From: Aquificota bacterium | GTDB lineage: Bacteria > Thermosulfidibacterota > Thermosulfidibacteria > Thermosulfidibacterales > B14-G1 | Direction: 5' to 3' | NCBI GenBank assembly: GCA_015486015.1 | Contig: WFSL01000022.1 | Coordinates: 43,746 to 107,745, forward strand | DNA length: 64,000 nucleotides | Part shown: piece by piece, positions 56,213-64,000 of the stretch | Layout of the letters: the number at the start of each line of letters is the position of its first letter | Position numbering within the stretch: position 1 is the stretch's first letter | The notes under the pieces: generated by a model | Database searches by the model: none | Told to the model about the DNA's origin: nothing | What the model saw: the letters and a program-made list of their open reading frames with translations, nothing else | Made by a program: the position numbers and the translations under genes

Positions 56213-59200
56213 ATGAAAGAGTTCGCCCATTTGCATCTGCACACCCAGTACAGCCTGTTGGATGGAGGCATCCTGCTGCCGAGGCTCTTTGAGGAGGCGC
56301 CAAAGCTGGGGCTCCAGGCATTGGCCATTACAGATCATGGCAACATGTTTGGGGTGGTCCCGTTCTATAAGATGGCTAAAAAAGCGGGGATACATCCTAT
56401 CATTGGCTGTGAAGCCTACATGGCTCCAGGTTCCCGGAAAGAGAGGGCCAGTTATAAGGGCTTGTCTGATGCCGCATTTCACTTGATCCTACTGGTGAAG
56501 GATGAAACAGGTTACAAGAACCTGGTGAAGCTTGCCTCTTCTGCTTATCTGGAGGGGTTCTACTACAAACCAAGGATAGACAAGGAAATTCTCAGAGAGC
56601 ATGCTGAAGGGCTTATTGCCCTGTCTGCCTGTCTGAAGGGGGAGATACCCCATCTGCTTGCCCTGGGGGATTATGAGGGGGCTAAGAGGGCAGCCCAGGA
56701 GTACTTGGAAATTATGGGGGAGGGCAATTTCTACATAGAGATCCAGCAGAACGGGATGGCGCAGCAGGAGGAGGTGAATGGGGGGCTTGTCTCCTTGGCA
56801 AACGAGATGGGCATCCCATTGGTGGCCACGAACGATTGCCATTACCTCTTTCCTTCAGATGCCCATGCCCACGATATCCTCCTGTGCATCCAGACGGGGA
56901 AGCATGTCCAAGACCAAGACAGGATGAGGATGTCTACGGACCAGCTTTATTTGCGCACTCCGGATGAGATGTACAGGCTATTTCAAGAGATACCTGAGGC
57001 AGTGAAGAATACATGGGAGATCGCCAATAGGTGTCAGTTTCAATTTTCTTTTCACCAGCTACATCTCCCCATTTATCAGGTACCTCAAGGATACGATTTG
57101 GATGGTTATCTTGCTCATCTGGCTAAGAAGGGGCTGGAGGAGAGGAGAAAGAGAGGGGAGATAGATGCTCATAGAGACTTCCAGGAGTATCGGCAGCGAT
57201 TAGAGGATGAGATTACTGTTATAAGGGAGATGGGATTCTCGGGATACTTTCTCATAGTCTGGGACTTTGTGAGGTTTGCCAAAAAGAGGGGCATCCCTGT
57301 GGGCCCTGGGAGGGGCTCAGCGGCTGGTTCCTTGGTCTCTTACGCCCTGGGCATCACCAACCTGGATCCTCTTAGGCATAATCTGCTCTTTGAGCGGTTC
57401 CTTAATCCTGAGCGGGTCTCCATGCCCGATATAGATATAGACTTCTGCATGGAGAGAAGAGATGAGGTGATTGAGTATGTTAGGGGGAAATATGGCAAAG
57501 AGAATGTGGCCAAAATCATAACCTTTGGTACCATGGCAGCCCGGGCTGTAGTGAGGGATGTAGGGAGGGCTATGGGTATGCCCTATAAGGATGTGGATGC
57601 TATTGCTAAGCTTATCCCCAGCGGGCCGGGGGTAAACATGACCATTTCCAAGGCTATTGAGGAGGTTCCTCAGCTCCAGGAGATGGTAAAGGGGCAGCCC
57701 GAGGTAAGGGAACTCTTAGAGGTTTCACAAAAGCTGGAGGGCCTTTCTCGTCATGCCTCCACCCATGCCGCTGGGGTAGTGATTACCCCTGAACCCCTCA
57801 CTGAGTATGTTCCCCTATATCGGGGTGTGGACAACGAGATAGTAACCCAATATGCCAAGGACGAGCTGGAAGACCTGGGCCTATTAAAGATAGATCTGTT
57901 GGGTCTCAAGACCCTTACGGTGATTCGCATGGCCTTAGAGCTTATCCAGAGGTATAAGGGCGAAAGGCCCGATCTGGAGCATCTGCCCCTCGATGACCCT
58001 GAAACCTATCGGCTGTTGGAGGAGGGGAGGACCCAAGGGGTCTTCCAGTTAGAGTCACCGGGTATGAGGGAGCTCATTAAACGCCTGAGGCCCAGCCGGT
58101 TCGAGGATCTAATCGCCTTAGTGGCCATTTATCGCCCTGGCCCCTTAGGTTCGGGGATGGTGGAGGACTTCATCAATAGGAAACACAAAAAAGTGGAGTG
58201 GAAGGTGCCCATCCCCCAGATAGAGGATATCTTGGAGGAGACATATGGGGTTATCCTCTACCAGGAGCAGGTGATGCAGATCGCCAGCCGCCTTGGTGGG
58301 TTCACTATGGGGCAGGCGGATCTGCTGCGCAGGGCCATGGGGAAGAAGAAGAAGGAGATTATGGCCAGGCAGAAGGAGGCCTTCCTCAAGGGGGCCATGG
58401 AGAGAGGGGTGAACAAGAAAGATGCTGAGCACATCTTTGATCTCATGGAGAATTTTGCTAAGTATGGATTCAACAAATCTCACTCTGCTGCTTACGCTGT
58501 TATCTCATACCAAACCGCTTATCTGAAGGCTCACTATCCTGTGGAGTTCATGGCAGCCCTCATCTCAGCGGACATGAGCAACACAGACAAGGTCTATCAG
58601 TACATCCAAGAGTGTAAGGAGATGGGCATAAAGGTGCTGCCCCCTGATGTGAACGAGAGTGCCGTCACCTTCTCTGTTAAGGGAGACTCCCTCCGCTTTG
58701 GTCTGGCCGCCATAAAGAATGTAGGGGAATCAGCGGTAGAGGCAATCTTGAAGGCAAGGAGAGAGGCGCCCTTTCGTTCCCTTTACGATTTTTGTCGGAG
58801 GGTGGATCTGAGGAAGGTAAATAGGAAAGCAATCGAAAGCCTTATCAAGGCAGGGGCCTTTGACACTATGGGGAGAGACAGGAACACCCTCCTTGCTGCC
58901 CTGGACACTGCCATGGACATAGGTCAGAAGGCGCATCGAGAGAACGAATTGCAAGGTTCTCTGTTTGATCTCGTGGGCGATTCCTCCCCCTTCAGTGATG
59001 AGGAGATCTATCCAGAGGTGGAGCCACCTTCCCACAAGGAGCTCCTTTCCATGGAGAAGGAAGCCCTGGGTTTCTATGTTACAGGGCATCCTCTGGACCT
59101 ATACGATAGGGAGTTGAAGAGGGTCGTTTCCATGGAAATCAAGGAGGTGAGAGAGCAAGGGCGAGAAGGGCAAGAAGTAGAGGTGGGTGGCATGGTAGCC

Positions 59201-59668
59201 TCATTCAAGGAGGTGACTACCAGGAACGGCAAACGGATGGCCTTTGTCCAACTGGAAGATAGGGATGGCTCTATGGAAGTAGTGGTGTTTCCGGACCTCT
59301 ATGCAAATGTGAGCATGCTGCTTCTCTTGGATGAGCCTATCGTAGTGCAGGGGAAGGTAACTACCGACGTGGAGAACGAGGGAAAGAAGCTAATCGCCCA
59401 GGAGGTTCTGTTGCTCAGGGATGCCTTGAAAGGGAAAGAGTCCAAGGAGGAGCGTTTCCTGGTAGAGTTACCCCTCAAATCTCTCCAAGAGGAGGCTATA
59501 GATAGGCTTTGGGACGTGATCTCCTCACATAGGGGGGATGCTGTGCTCGTGCTCCGTTTCATCCATCCAAAGGGAATGGTGGAGGTGGAGGCAGACAGGG
59601 AGTTTAAGGTCTCCGGGGGAAAGGAGCTGGAGGCTGCTGTAAGGAGCATTTTAGAGGCCCCAGCCTGA
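56213..59668 (+). CDS. dnaE: DNA polymerase III subunit alpha
   Basis: PHP domain start MKEFAHLHLHTQYSLLDG, palm motif PDIDIDF, and a C-terminal OB fold. The ATG at 56213 is preferred to the ORF-track 56162. Confidence 0.93.
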   Translation: MKEFAHLHLHTQYSLLDGGILLPRLFEEAPKLGLQALAITDHGNMFGVVPFYKMAKKAGIHPIIGCEAYMAPGSRKERASYKGLSDAAFHLILLVKDETGYKNLVKLASSAYLEGFYYKPRIDKEILREHAEGLIALSACLKGEIPHLLALGDYEGAKRAAQEYLEIMGEGNFYIEIQQNGMAQQEEVNGGLVSLANEMGIPLVATNDCHYLFPSDAHAHDILLCIQTGKHVQDQDRMRMSTDQLYLRTPDEMYRLFQEIPEAVKNTWEIANRCQFQFSFHQLHLPIYQVPQGYDLDGYLAHLAKKGLEERRKRGEIDAHRDFQEYRQRLEDEITVIREMGFSGYFLIVWDFVRFAKKRGIPVGPGRGSAAGSLVSYALGITNLDPLRHNLLFERFLNPERVSMPDIDIDFCMERRDEVIEYVRGKYGKENVAKIITFGTMAARAVVRDVGRAMGMPYKDVDAIAKLIPSGPGVNMTISKAIEEVPQLQEMVKGQPEVRELLEVSQKLEGLSRHASTHAAGVVITPEPLTEYVPLYRGVDNEIVTQYAKDELEDLGLLKIDLLGLKTLTVIRMALELIQRYKGERPDLEHLPLDDPETYRLLEEGRTQGVFQLESPGMRELIKRLRPSRFEDLIALVAIYRPGPLGSGMVEDFINRKHKKVEWKVPIPQIEDILEETYGVILYQEQVMQIASRLGGFTMGQADLLRRAMGKKKKEIMARQKEAFLKGAMERGVNKKDAEHIFDLMENFAKYGFNKSHSAAYAVISYQTAYLKAHYPVEFMAALISADMSNTDKVYQYIQECKEMGIKVLPPDVNESAVTFSVKGDSLRFGLAAIKNVGESAVEAILKARREAPFRSLYDFCRRVDLRKVNRKAIESLIKAGAFDTMGRDRNTLLAALDTAMDIGQKAHRENELQGSLFDLVGDSSPFSDEEIYPEVEPPSHKELLSMEKEALGFYVTGHPLDLYDRELKRVVSMEIKEVREQGREGQEVEVGGMVASFKEVTTRNGKRMAFVQLEDRDGSMEVVVFPDLYANVSMLLLLDEPIVVQGKVTTDVENEGKKLIAQEVLLLRDALKGKESKEERFLVELPLKSLQEEAIDRLWDVISSHRGDAVLVLRFIHPKGMVEVEADREFKVSGGKELEAAVRSILEAPA

Positions 59669-59772
59669 GGTTAGCCTCTGGATGGTGTTATGGTGGCCTG
59701 GCCTCTTTGGTCCCATTGCACTCTTTAGGCTAAACCTTTATCCCTGTCTTAGTGATTTAGTGATGGAGGAGG

Positions 59773-60453
59773 ATGAAGATTATGAAGGGGGTCTCTCTGG
59801 TAATCTCATCACCCGTTTGGGGGATGGTGCTGAAGTCTGGGCCTGTGGTGAAGCTGGACATCTTGGTGTTGCTAATCCTTTCGGTAATGTCGTGGACCAT
59901 TATATTTTTCAAGTATTTCCAGCTTAGGAGGATAGAGAGGGAAGACAGAAATTTCCTGGCCGACTGTCGGGAAGGCTTGGGGGTGAAAGAGATCCTGGCG
60001 CTGGCGAAGAGGTACCGTAGGGGGGTGGTGCCTGTGGTATTCTCAGAGCTTCAGCGGTGGTTCCTCCTCTTCAGGGAGGGGGGAGAGATGGAGGAGCAAT
60101 GGACCGATGTGGCAAGGCAGAGGGTGCTGTTGGAGAGAGAGCGGTTGAATAGCTATGTGGGATTCTTGGCCACTGTGGGGAATACTGCCCCTTTTATAGG
60201 CCTGTTCGGTACCGTATGGGGGATCATAAATGCCTTCCAGCGAATAGGACTTCAGGGTTCTGCCAGTCTGGCCGTTGTGGCCCCAGGGATCTCTGAGGCC
60301 CTGGTAACCACGGCGTTAGGTCTGTTCGTGGCCATACCTGCAGTTATGGGATATAATTTTTTTGTAGGGAAACTTTCCAAGATAGAAGAGCGGGCCGAGG
60401 GGGCAGCGTATCTGTTGGTGAGAATACTGGAGGGGAAGAATGAGGAGGAATGA
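59773..60453 (+). CDS. tolQ: Tol-Pal system protein TolQ (MotA/TolQ/ExbB channel)
   Basis: 226 aa, 3 TM segments, GNTAPFIGLFGTVWGI motif. First gene of a tolQRAB-pal-cpoB block. Confidence 0.85.
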   Translation: MKIMKGVSLVISSPVWGMVLKSGPVVKLDILVLLILSVMSWTIIFFKYFQLRRIEREDRNFLADCREGLGVKEILALAKRYRRGVVPVVFSELQRWFLLFREGGEMEEQWTDVARQRVLLERERLNSYVGFLATVGNTAPFIGLFGTVWGIINAFQRIGLQGSASLAVVAPGISEALVTTALGLFVAIPAVMGYNFFVGKLSKIEERAEGAAYLLVRILEGKNEEE

Positions 60454-60841
60454 GGGAGGGTTTCTCTCTCAGATAAACGTCACCCCCTTTGTGGACGTGA
60501 TGTTGGTGCTTCTTATTATCTTCATGATAACGGCCCCCATGCTTCAGAAGGGTGTGGAGGTAAAGCTCCCCAAGGTGAAGAAGGCGCCAGTGATTGAGTT
60601 AAAAGAGGAGCCCTTGGTAATCACTGTGAGGCAGGATGGTACTATATTCCTAAATGCTCATCCCTTCCCTTTGGACAAGCTGAAGGTGAAGCTGAAGGCC
60701 CTCCATAGAGAGGTCCCACGCAAGAAGGTCCTGGTTAAGGCCGACGAGAGGGTGATGTACAGGAGGGTATTGAAGGTCTTGGCAGCGGCCAGAGAAGCTG
60801 GCTTTTACCAGGTGGGACTGGTGGCGTCCCTTTCCAAGTGA
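60440..60841 (+). CDS. tolR: Tol-Pal system protein TolR (ExbD/TolR)
   Basis: 133 aa. INVTPFVDVMLVLLIIFM TM segment with the conserved Asp. Confidence 0.85.
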   Translation: MRRNEGGFLSQINVTPFVDVMLVLLIIFMITAPMLQKGVEVKLPKVKKAPVIELKEEPLVITVRQDGTIFLNAHPFPLDKLKVKLKALHREVPRKKVLVKADERVMYRRVLKVLAAAREAGFYQVGLVASLSK

Positions 60842-61542
60842 AGGGTCAAGAGGTGAACAAGGGGATTTGGTTCTTGTCCTTTATGCTCGCCCTCCTCTTG
60901 CACGGGGTAGTGGGGGCAGGAATGTTCTTTTGGCACCCCAGCATGAAAAGGCCGGTGATATACTCTCCTTCCTTCACTGTGGCCCTTTACTCTGAGGCCC
61001 CTACCCCGACCAGGCCCCCCCAGAAAGGCACTGTGGCAGTAAAGAGGTCCAGTGCAAAGGTCCAGAAGGGCAAATCCGCAGTATCCAAGGCTTGGAAAGT
61101 GAAAGGGAAGAAGGCCTCCCGTGTCAAGAAACCGGCTCCTCGGAAGAAGATTTCTTCCAAGGCTAAAAGGAAGGCCCTGTTGGAGAAGGCATTGGCCAAG
61201 GTGGAGAAGGAAGTGGTGATGGGTGGACTGTCGACAGGGAGAGAGGCCATAGAGATTCGCTACAAAAAGTATTATGACGAAATTTGGCGGAGGGTGAAGG
61301 CAAGCTGGATCTTGCCCGAGGAGATTTTAACGGGGGGGTCAAACCTCTTTGCCGTGGTGGTGGTGCGCATCGCAAGGGATGGCGCCCTTATGGAGACAAA
61401 GCTGGACAAGTCATCAGGCAATGAGGTGTATGATCAGTCTTGTATCAGGGCAGTAAAGAAGGCTGCTCCATTCCCTCCCCTTCCCAAGGGCTATCCCCAG
61501 AGATATATGGAACTGGGTCTGAGATTTAGGCCGTGGCAATGA
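60838..61542 (+). CDS. tolA: TolA-like protein (TM anchor, Lys-rich linker, TonB/TolA C-terminal domain)
   Basis: 234 aa. N-terminal TM segment, a K/A/S-rich spacer and a C-terminal TonB_C-like fold. Its position between tolR and tolB supports the call. Confidence 0.7.
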   Translation: MKGQEVNKGIWFLSFMLALLLHGVVGAGMFFWHPSMKRPVIYSPSFTVALYSEAPTPTRPPQKGTVAVKRSSAKVQKGKSAVSKAWKVKGKKASRVKKPAPRKKISSKAKRKALLEKALAKVEKEVVMGGLSTGREAIEIRYKKYYDEIWRRVKASWILPEEILTGGSNLFAVVVVRIARDGALMETKLDKSSGNEVYDQSCIRAVKKAAPFPPLPKGYPQRYMELGLRFRPWQ

Positions 61543-61553
61543 GAGGAGGCACT

Positions 61554-62798
61554 ATGCGGAGGATAGTGAAGTGGGTGTGCATGGTAGCCATAATGTTGGT
61601 AGTGTGTCCTCCCCTTAGGGCCATGGTGTATATCGACATTAATGCCCCCAGTGGCACCAGGGTGCCTCTGGCCCTTTTATATCACGGACCACCTAAGGTG
61701 GAAGAGGTGGCAAAAAGGGACCTTACGTTATACGGTCTTTTTCGCCTCATTAATCCCCAGGCCTTCCTGGTCAAGCGTTTCGAAGAGGGAAAGTTCGCAG
61801 ATTGGAGGACAATAGGGGCAGAGATCCTGGTAGTGGCCGATGGCGCTATAGAGGGGGGGGAGGTTCAGGTAGTAGCCAGGGTATTCGATGTGGTAGAGGG
61901 GAAGGAGGTGCTGGCCAAGAAGTACACGGTGAAGGCTGGATGGGAGAGGCTGATAGGCCATGCCTTGGCCGATGATGTGTTTGAGGCCTTTACCGGAGAA
62001 CAGGGCATCTTTTCCCATCCTCTGACCTTGGTGGTGAGGAAGGGGAAGGCGAAGGAGGTAATGCTGATGGATCCTGATGGCTTGTGGCAAAAGCAGATCA
62101 CCCATGATGGGAGTATCGCCATGTCCCCTTCATGGTCACCCGATGGGAAAAAGCTGGTTTATGTTTCCTTCAAGAGGGGAGATGCCGACATTTATCTTTA
62201 CGATATAGAGTCGGGCAAGGAACGCCTTCTGGTAGGGGGCAAGGGGGCCCAGTCTGCCCCTGCCTGGTCACCTGATGGACGATACATAGCCTATTCTTCT
62301 ACCATCCATGGGGGGAATAGTGAGATATTCCTTTTAGACATGCTCACAGGCAAGAAGAAGAGGCTCACTTATTACTATGGGATAGATACATCACCTACCT
62401 GGTCGCCTGATGGAGATTGGATTGCCTTTGTCTCTGACAGGAGCGGTGCGCCCCATATCTTTGTAATGAGAAAAGATGGCTCTCAGGTGAGGAGGCTCAC
62501 CTATGGGGATTACGATGTGTATCCTGCATGGTCCCCCAGAGGGGATGTCATCGCCTACGCCAGTTTGGAAAAGGGACGCTATTATATTAGAACCGTTACA
62601 CCTGAGGGGAAAAACGATCATATCTTGGTAGAGGGAGAGGCTCCATGTTGGGCCCCGAATGGCAGGTATCTTATCTTCTACCGAGGGTTGGGGAGTGGCA
62701 GAGGCCTCTTCTTGACTTCGGCACAGGGAGGTGGTAGCGTTCTTATAAAACAACTTGATGGAGAAAGGGTAGACTGGGAAGGAAAATTTCAACATTAG
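61554..62798 (+). CDS. tolB: Tol-Pal system beta-propeller protein TolB
   Basis: Signal peptide, then repeated PxWSPDG blades (SPSWSPDGKKL, APAWSPDGRYI, SPTWSPDGDWI, PAWSPRGD). The ATG at 61554 has an upstream GAGAGGAGG. Confidence 0.9.
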   Translation: MRRIVKWVCMVAIMLVVCPPLRAMVYIDINAPSGTRVPLALLYHGPPKVEEVAKRDLTLYGLFRLINPQAFLVKRFEEGKFADWRTIGAEILVVADGAIEGGEVQVVARVFDVVEGKEVLAKKYTVKAGWERLIGHALADDVFEAFTGEQGIFSHPLTLVVRKGKAKEVMLMDPDGLWQKQITHDGSIAMSPSWSPDGKKLVYVSFKRGDADIYLYDIESGKERLLVGGKGAQSAPAWSPDGRYIAYSSTIHGGNSEIFLLDMLTGKKKRLTYYYGIDTSPTWSPDGDWIAFVSDRSGAPHIFVMRKDGSQVRRLTYGDYDVYPAWSPRGDVIAYASLEKGRYYIRTVTPEGKNDHILVEGEAPCWAPNGRYLIFYRGLGSGRGLFLTSAQGGGSVLIKQLDGERVDWEGKFQH

Positions 62799-62808
62799 GA
62801 GGTGCCAT

Positions 62809-63354
62809 GTGAAGCGTTGGGGATGTGTTTTGGTAGTGATGGGCCTTTTATTTTGGGGATGCGCTGCTCAAAAACCTACACCACCTCCAGCAAAGCCCCC
62901 GGCAGGAGCGGCTAAGAAGGCCCCAACCCCAGAGGAGTTGAAGGCCCGCGAGTTGGCCCGCCTTAAGCAGCAGGAGCTGGAGAGGCAGAAGAGGATTCAG
63001 GCCATGGCCGAGGCCCTTGAGAAGAAGGATATCCATTTTGATTTTGACAAGTACAATCTGAAGCCAGAGGCACAGCAAATACTCAAGGAGCTGGGCAACT
63101 TCCTCTTGGAGCACCCTGAGTATCGCGTGCGGATAGAGGGGAACTGCGACGAGAGGGGCTCTGAAGAGTACAACTTGGCATTGGGTGCAAGGAGGGCCAA
63201 TGCTGCCAAGGAGTATCTCGTATCTTTGGGGGTTTCTCCGGATAGGCTGGATACTATAAGCTATGGGGAGGATCGGCCCCTATGCAGGGAGCACAACGAG
63301 AGCTGTTGGTGGAGGAACCGCAGGGATCATTTTGTCTTAACCAAGGTAAAGTGA
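62809..63354 (+). CDS. pal: Peptidoglycan-associated lipoprotein Pal (OmpA family)
   Basis: Lipobox LFWGC. OmpA-like domain (IHFDFDKYNL, IEGNCDERGSEEYNLALGARRA). Confidence 0.9.
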   Translation: MKRWGCVLVVMGLLFWGCAAQKPTPPPAKPPAGAAKKAPTPEELKARELARLKQQELERQKRIQAMAEALEKKDIHFDFDKYNLKPEAQQILKELGNFLLEHPEYRVRIEGNCDERGSEEYNLALGARRANAAKEYLVSLGVSPDRLDTISYGEDRPLCREHNESCWWRNRRDHFVLTKVK

Positions 63355-63355
63355 G

Positions 63356-64000
63356 ATGATGGGGGAAAAGGTGAGACCAGGAAGAGCCCTTTTCCCCCTT
63401 CTTCTATCTGTGTTACTCCTCGTGGGCTGTGTGGCCACTACAAAGCAGGTGGAGTCCTTGGATGCAAGGATTACGGTACTCAACAGTAGGATGGATCGGG
63501 TGGAAAATCGACTTGGCAAGTTGGAGAAGCGGGTGGAGCAGCTTTCCGAGGCAGAGAAGAGTGATACAGCTGCCCTCAGGAGTGATCTGGCTGATACAAA
63601 CGTTGCCTTGAAGCAGTTGGAGGACGATTCTCGCTATCTAAAGGGTGGGATAGAGCAGGCCGAGAAAGGGGTCTCCGATTTGGGTGACCGGATGGATCAG
63701 ATAGAGACCCGACTAACAGCCCTTGAGCAAAGCATAAAGGGCATACAAGCCAAGAAGCCCAAAAAGGCCATCAATCCTCAAAGTCTTTACGATACTGCCC
63801 TTCAGCTCTTTCGGAGTGGACAGTACTTGGATTCTTTAGATGCGTTTAGAAAATTCCTCAAAGAGTTTCCAGATCATACCCTTGCAGGGAATGCTCAGTA
63901 CTGGATTGGGGAGTGCCTCTATGCCATGGGAAAGAAGAAGGAGGCTATCCTTGCCTTTGACAAGGTGGTTAAGGGATACCCCGAGAGTCCCAAGATCCCC
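63356..64000 (+). CDS. cpoB: Tol-Pal system protein CpoB/YbgF (partial; 3' end beyond the window)
   Basis: Manual translation is open from the ATG at 63356 to the window end. Lipobox-like LLLVGC, a coiled-coil region, then TPR (LYDTALQLF..G....FRKFLKEFPDHTLAGNAQYWIGECLYA). Confidence 0.85.
   Translation, partial: MMGEKVRPGRALFPLLLSVLLLVGCVATTKQVESLDARITVLNSRMDRVENRLGKLEKRVEQLSEAEKSDTAALRSDLADTNVALKQLEDDSRYLKGGIEQAEKGVSDLGDRMDQIETRLTALEQSIKGIQAKKPKKAINPQSLYDTALQLFRSGQYLDSLDAFRKFLKEFPDHTLAGNAQYWIGECLYAMGKKKEAILAFDKVVKGYPESPKIP

Noticed and set aside
56085-56321. N-terminal extensions of pcrA (to 56321) and dnaE (from 56162) that would make the divergent genes overlap
   Set aside because: The extensions are Arg/Gly/Ala-rich with no homology-like motifs. 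The conserved N-termini begin at internal ATGs (56084 and 56213), leaving a normal 128-bp divergent promoter region.
59669-59745. Imperfect inverted repeat GGTTAGCCT ... AGGCTAAACC after dnaE as a terminator
   Set aside because: The arms are short, one has an extra base, and the loop is about 50 nt. It is not convincing as an intrinsic terminator.
59773-64000. The Tol-Pal cluster as something unusual (no ybgC upstream)
   Set aside because: Gene order tolQ-tolR-tolA-tolB-pal-cpoB is canonical and lack of ybgC is common, so this is ordinary housekeeping.

Overview
Densely coding 64-kb chromosomal window from a diderm bacterium (complete Tol-Pal cluster) that uses selenocysteine. The lineage cannot be fixed without a database search; gene content suggests an anaerobic, thermophile-like, deltaproteobacteria-like organism. 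Most of the window is housekeeping: argC, accA, ade, tyrA/hisC, gatB, gatC, recN, glyS, ppdK, the glnB-rpiB-glyA-nrdR block, rpmI-rplT-pheST, gyrA, pcrA, dnaE, tolQRAB-pal-cpoB, and tRNA-Glu and tRNA-Lys. Four stretches stand out. (1) 27.9-36.4 kb holds a compact MSHA-like type IV filament locus. It has an MshE-type ATPase with tandem c-di-GMP-binding MshEN motifs, a platform protein, an ExeA-type AAA+ fused to a CpoB-like TPR domain, and two unusually large pilin-like proteins. A two-component system sits inside it whose regulator lacks a sigma54 AAA+ module. No peptidase, secretin or alignment genes are in the window. This is my best candidate for an undescribed system. (2) 12.18-13.10 kb is a 917-bp single-gene element: an HUH/Y1 (RAYT-like) transposase with a DnaA-C-like HTH, bracketed by 20-26 bp inverted repeats. 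A related 24-bp-stem palindrome lies 15 kb away at the ppdK/pilin junction. (3) 13.2-16.2 kb is a selenium-handling operon (DUF3343-like, cysteine desulfurase-like, YedF, SelD). Its selD contains an in-frame UGA (GUGAK motif) followed by a SECIS-like hairpin, which the ORF track missed. (4) At the left edge, an exported M1-like metallopeptidase fused to a ChaN/Tiki-type domain is absent from the ORF track because it runs off the window. All product calls come from motif recognition by eye. No searches were run.
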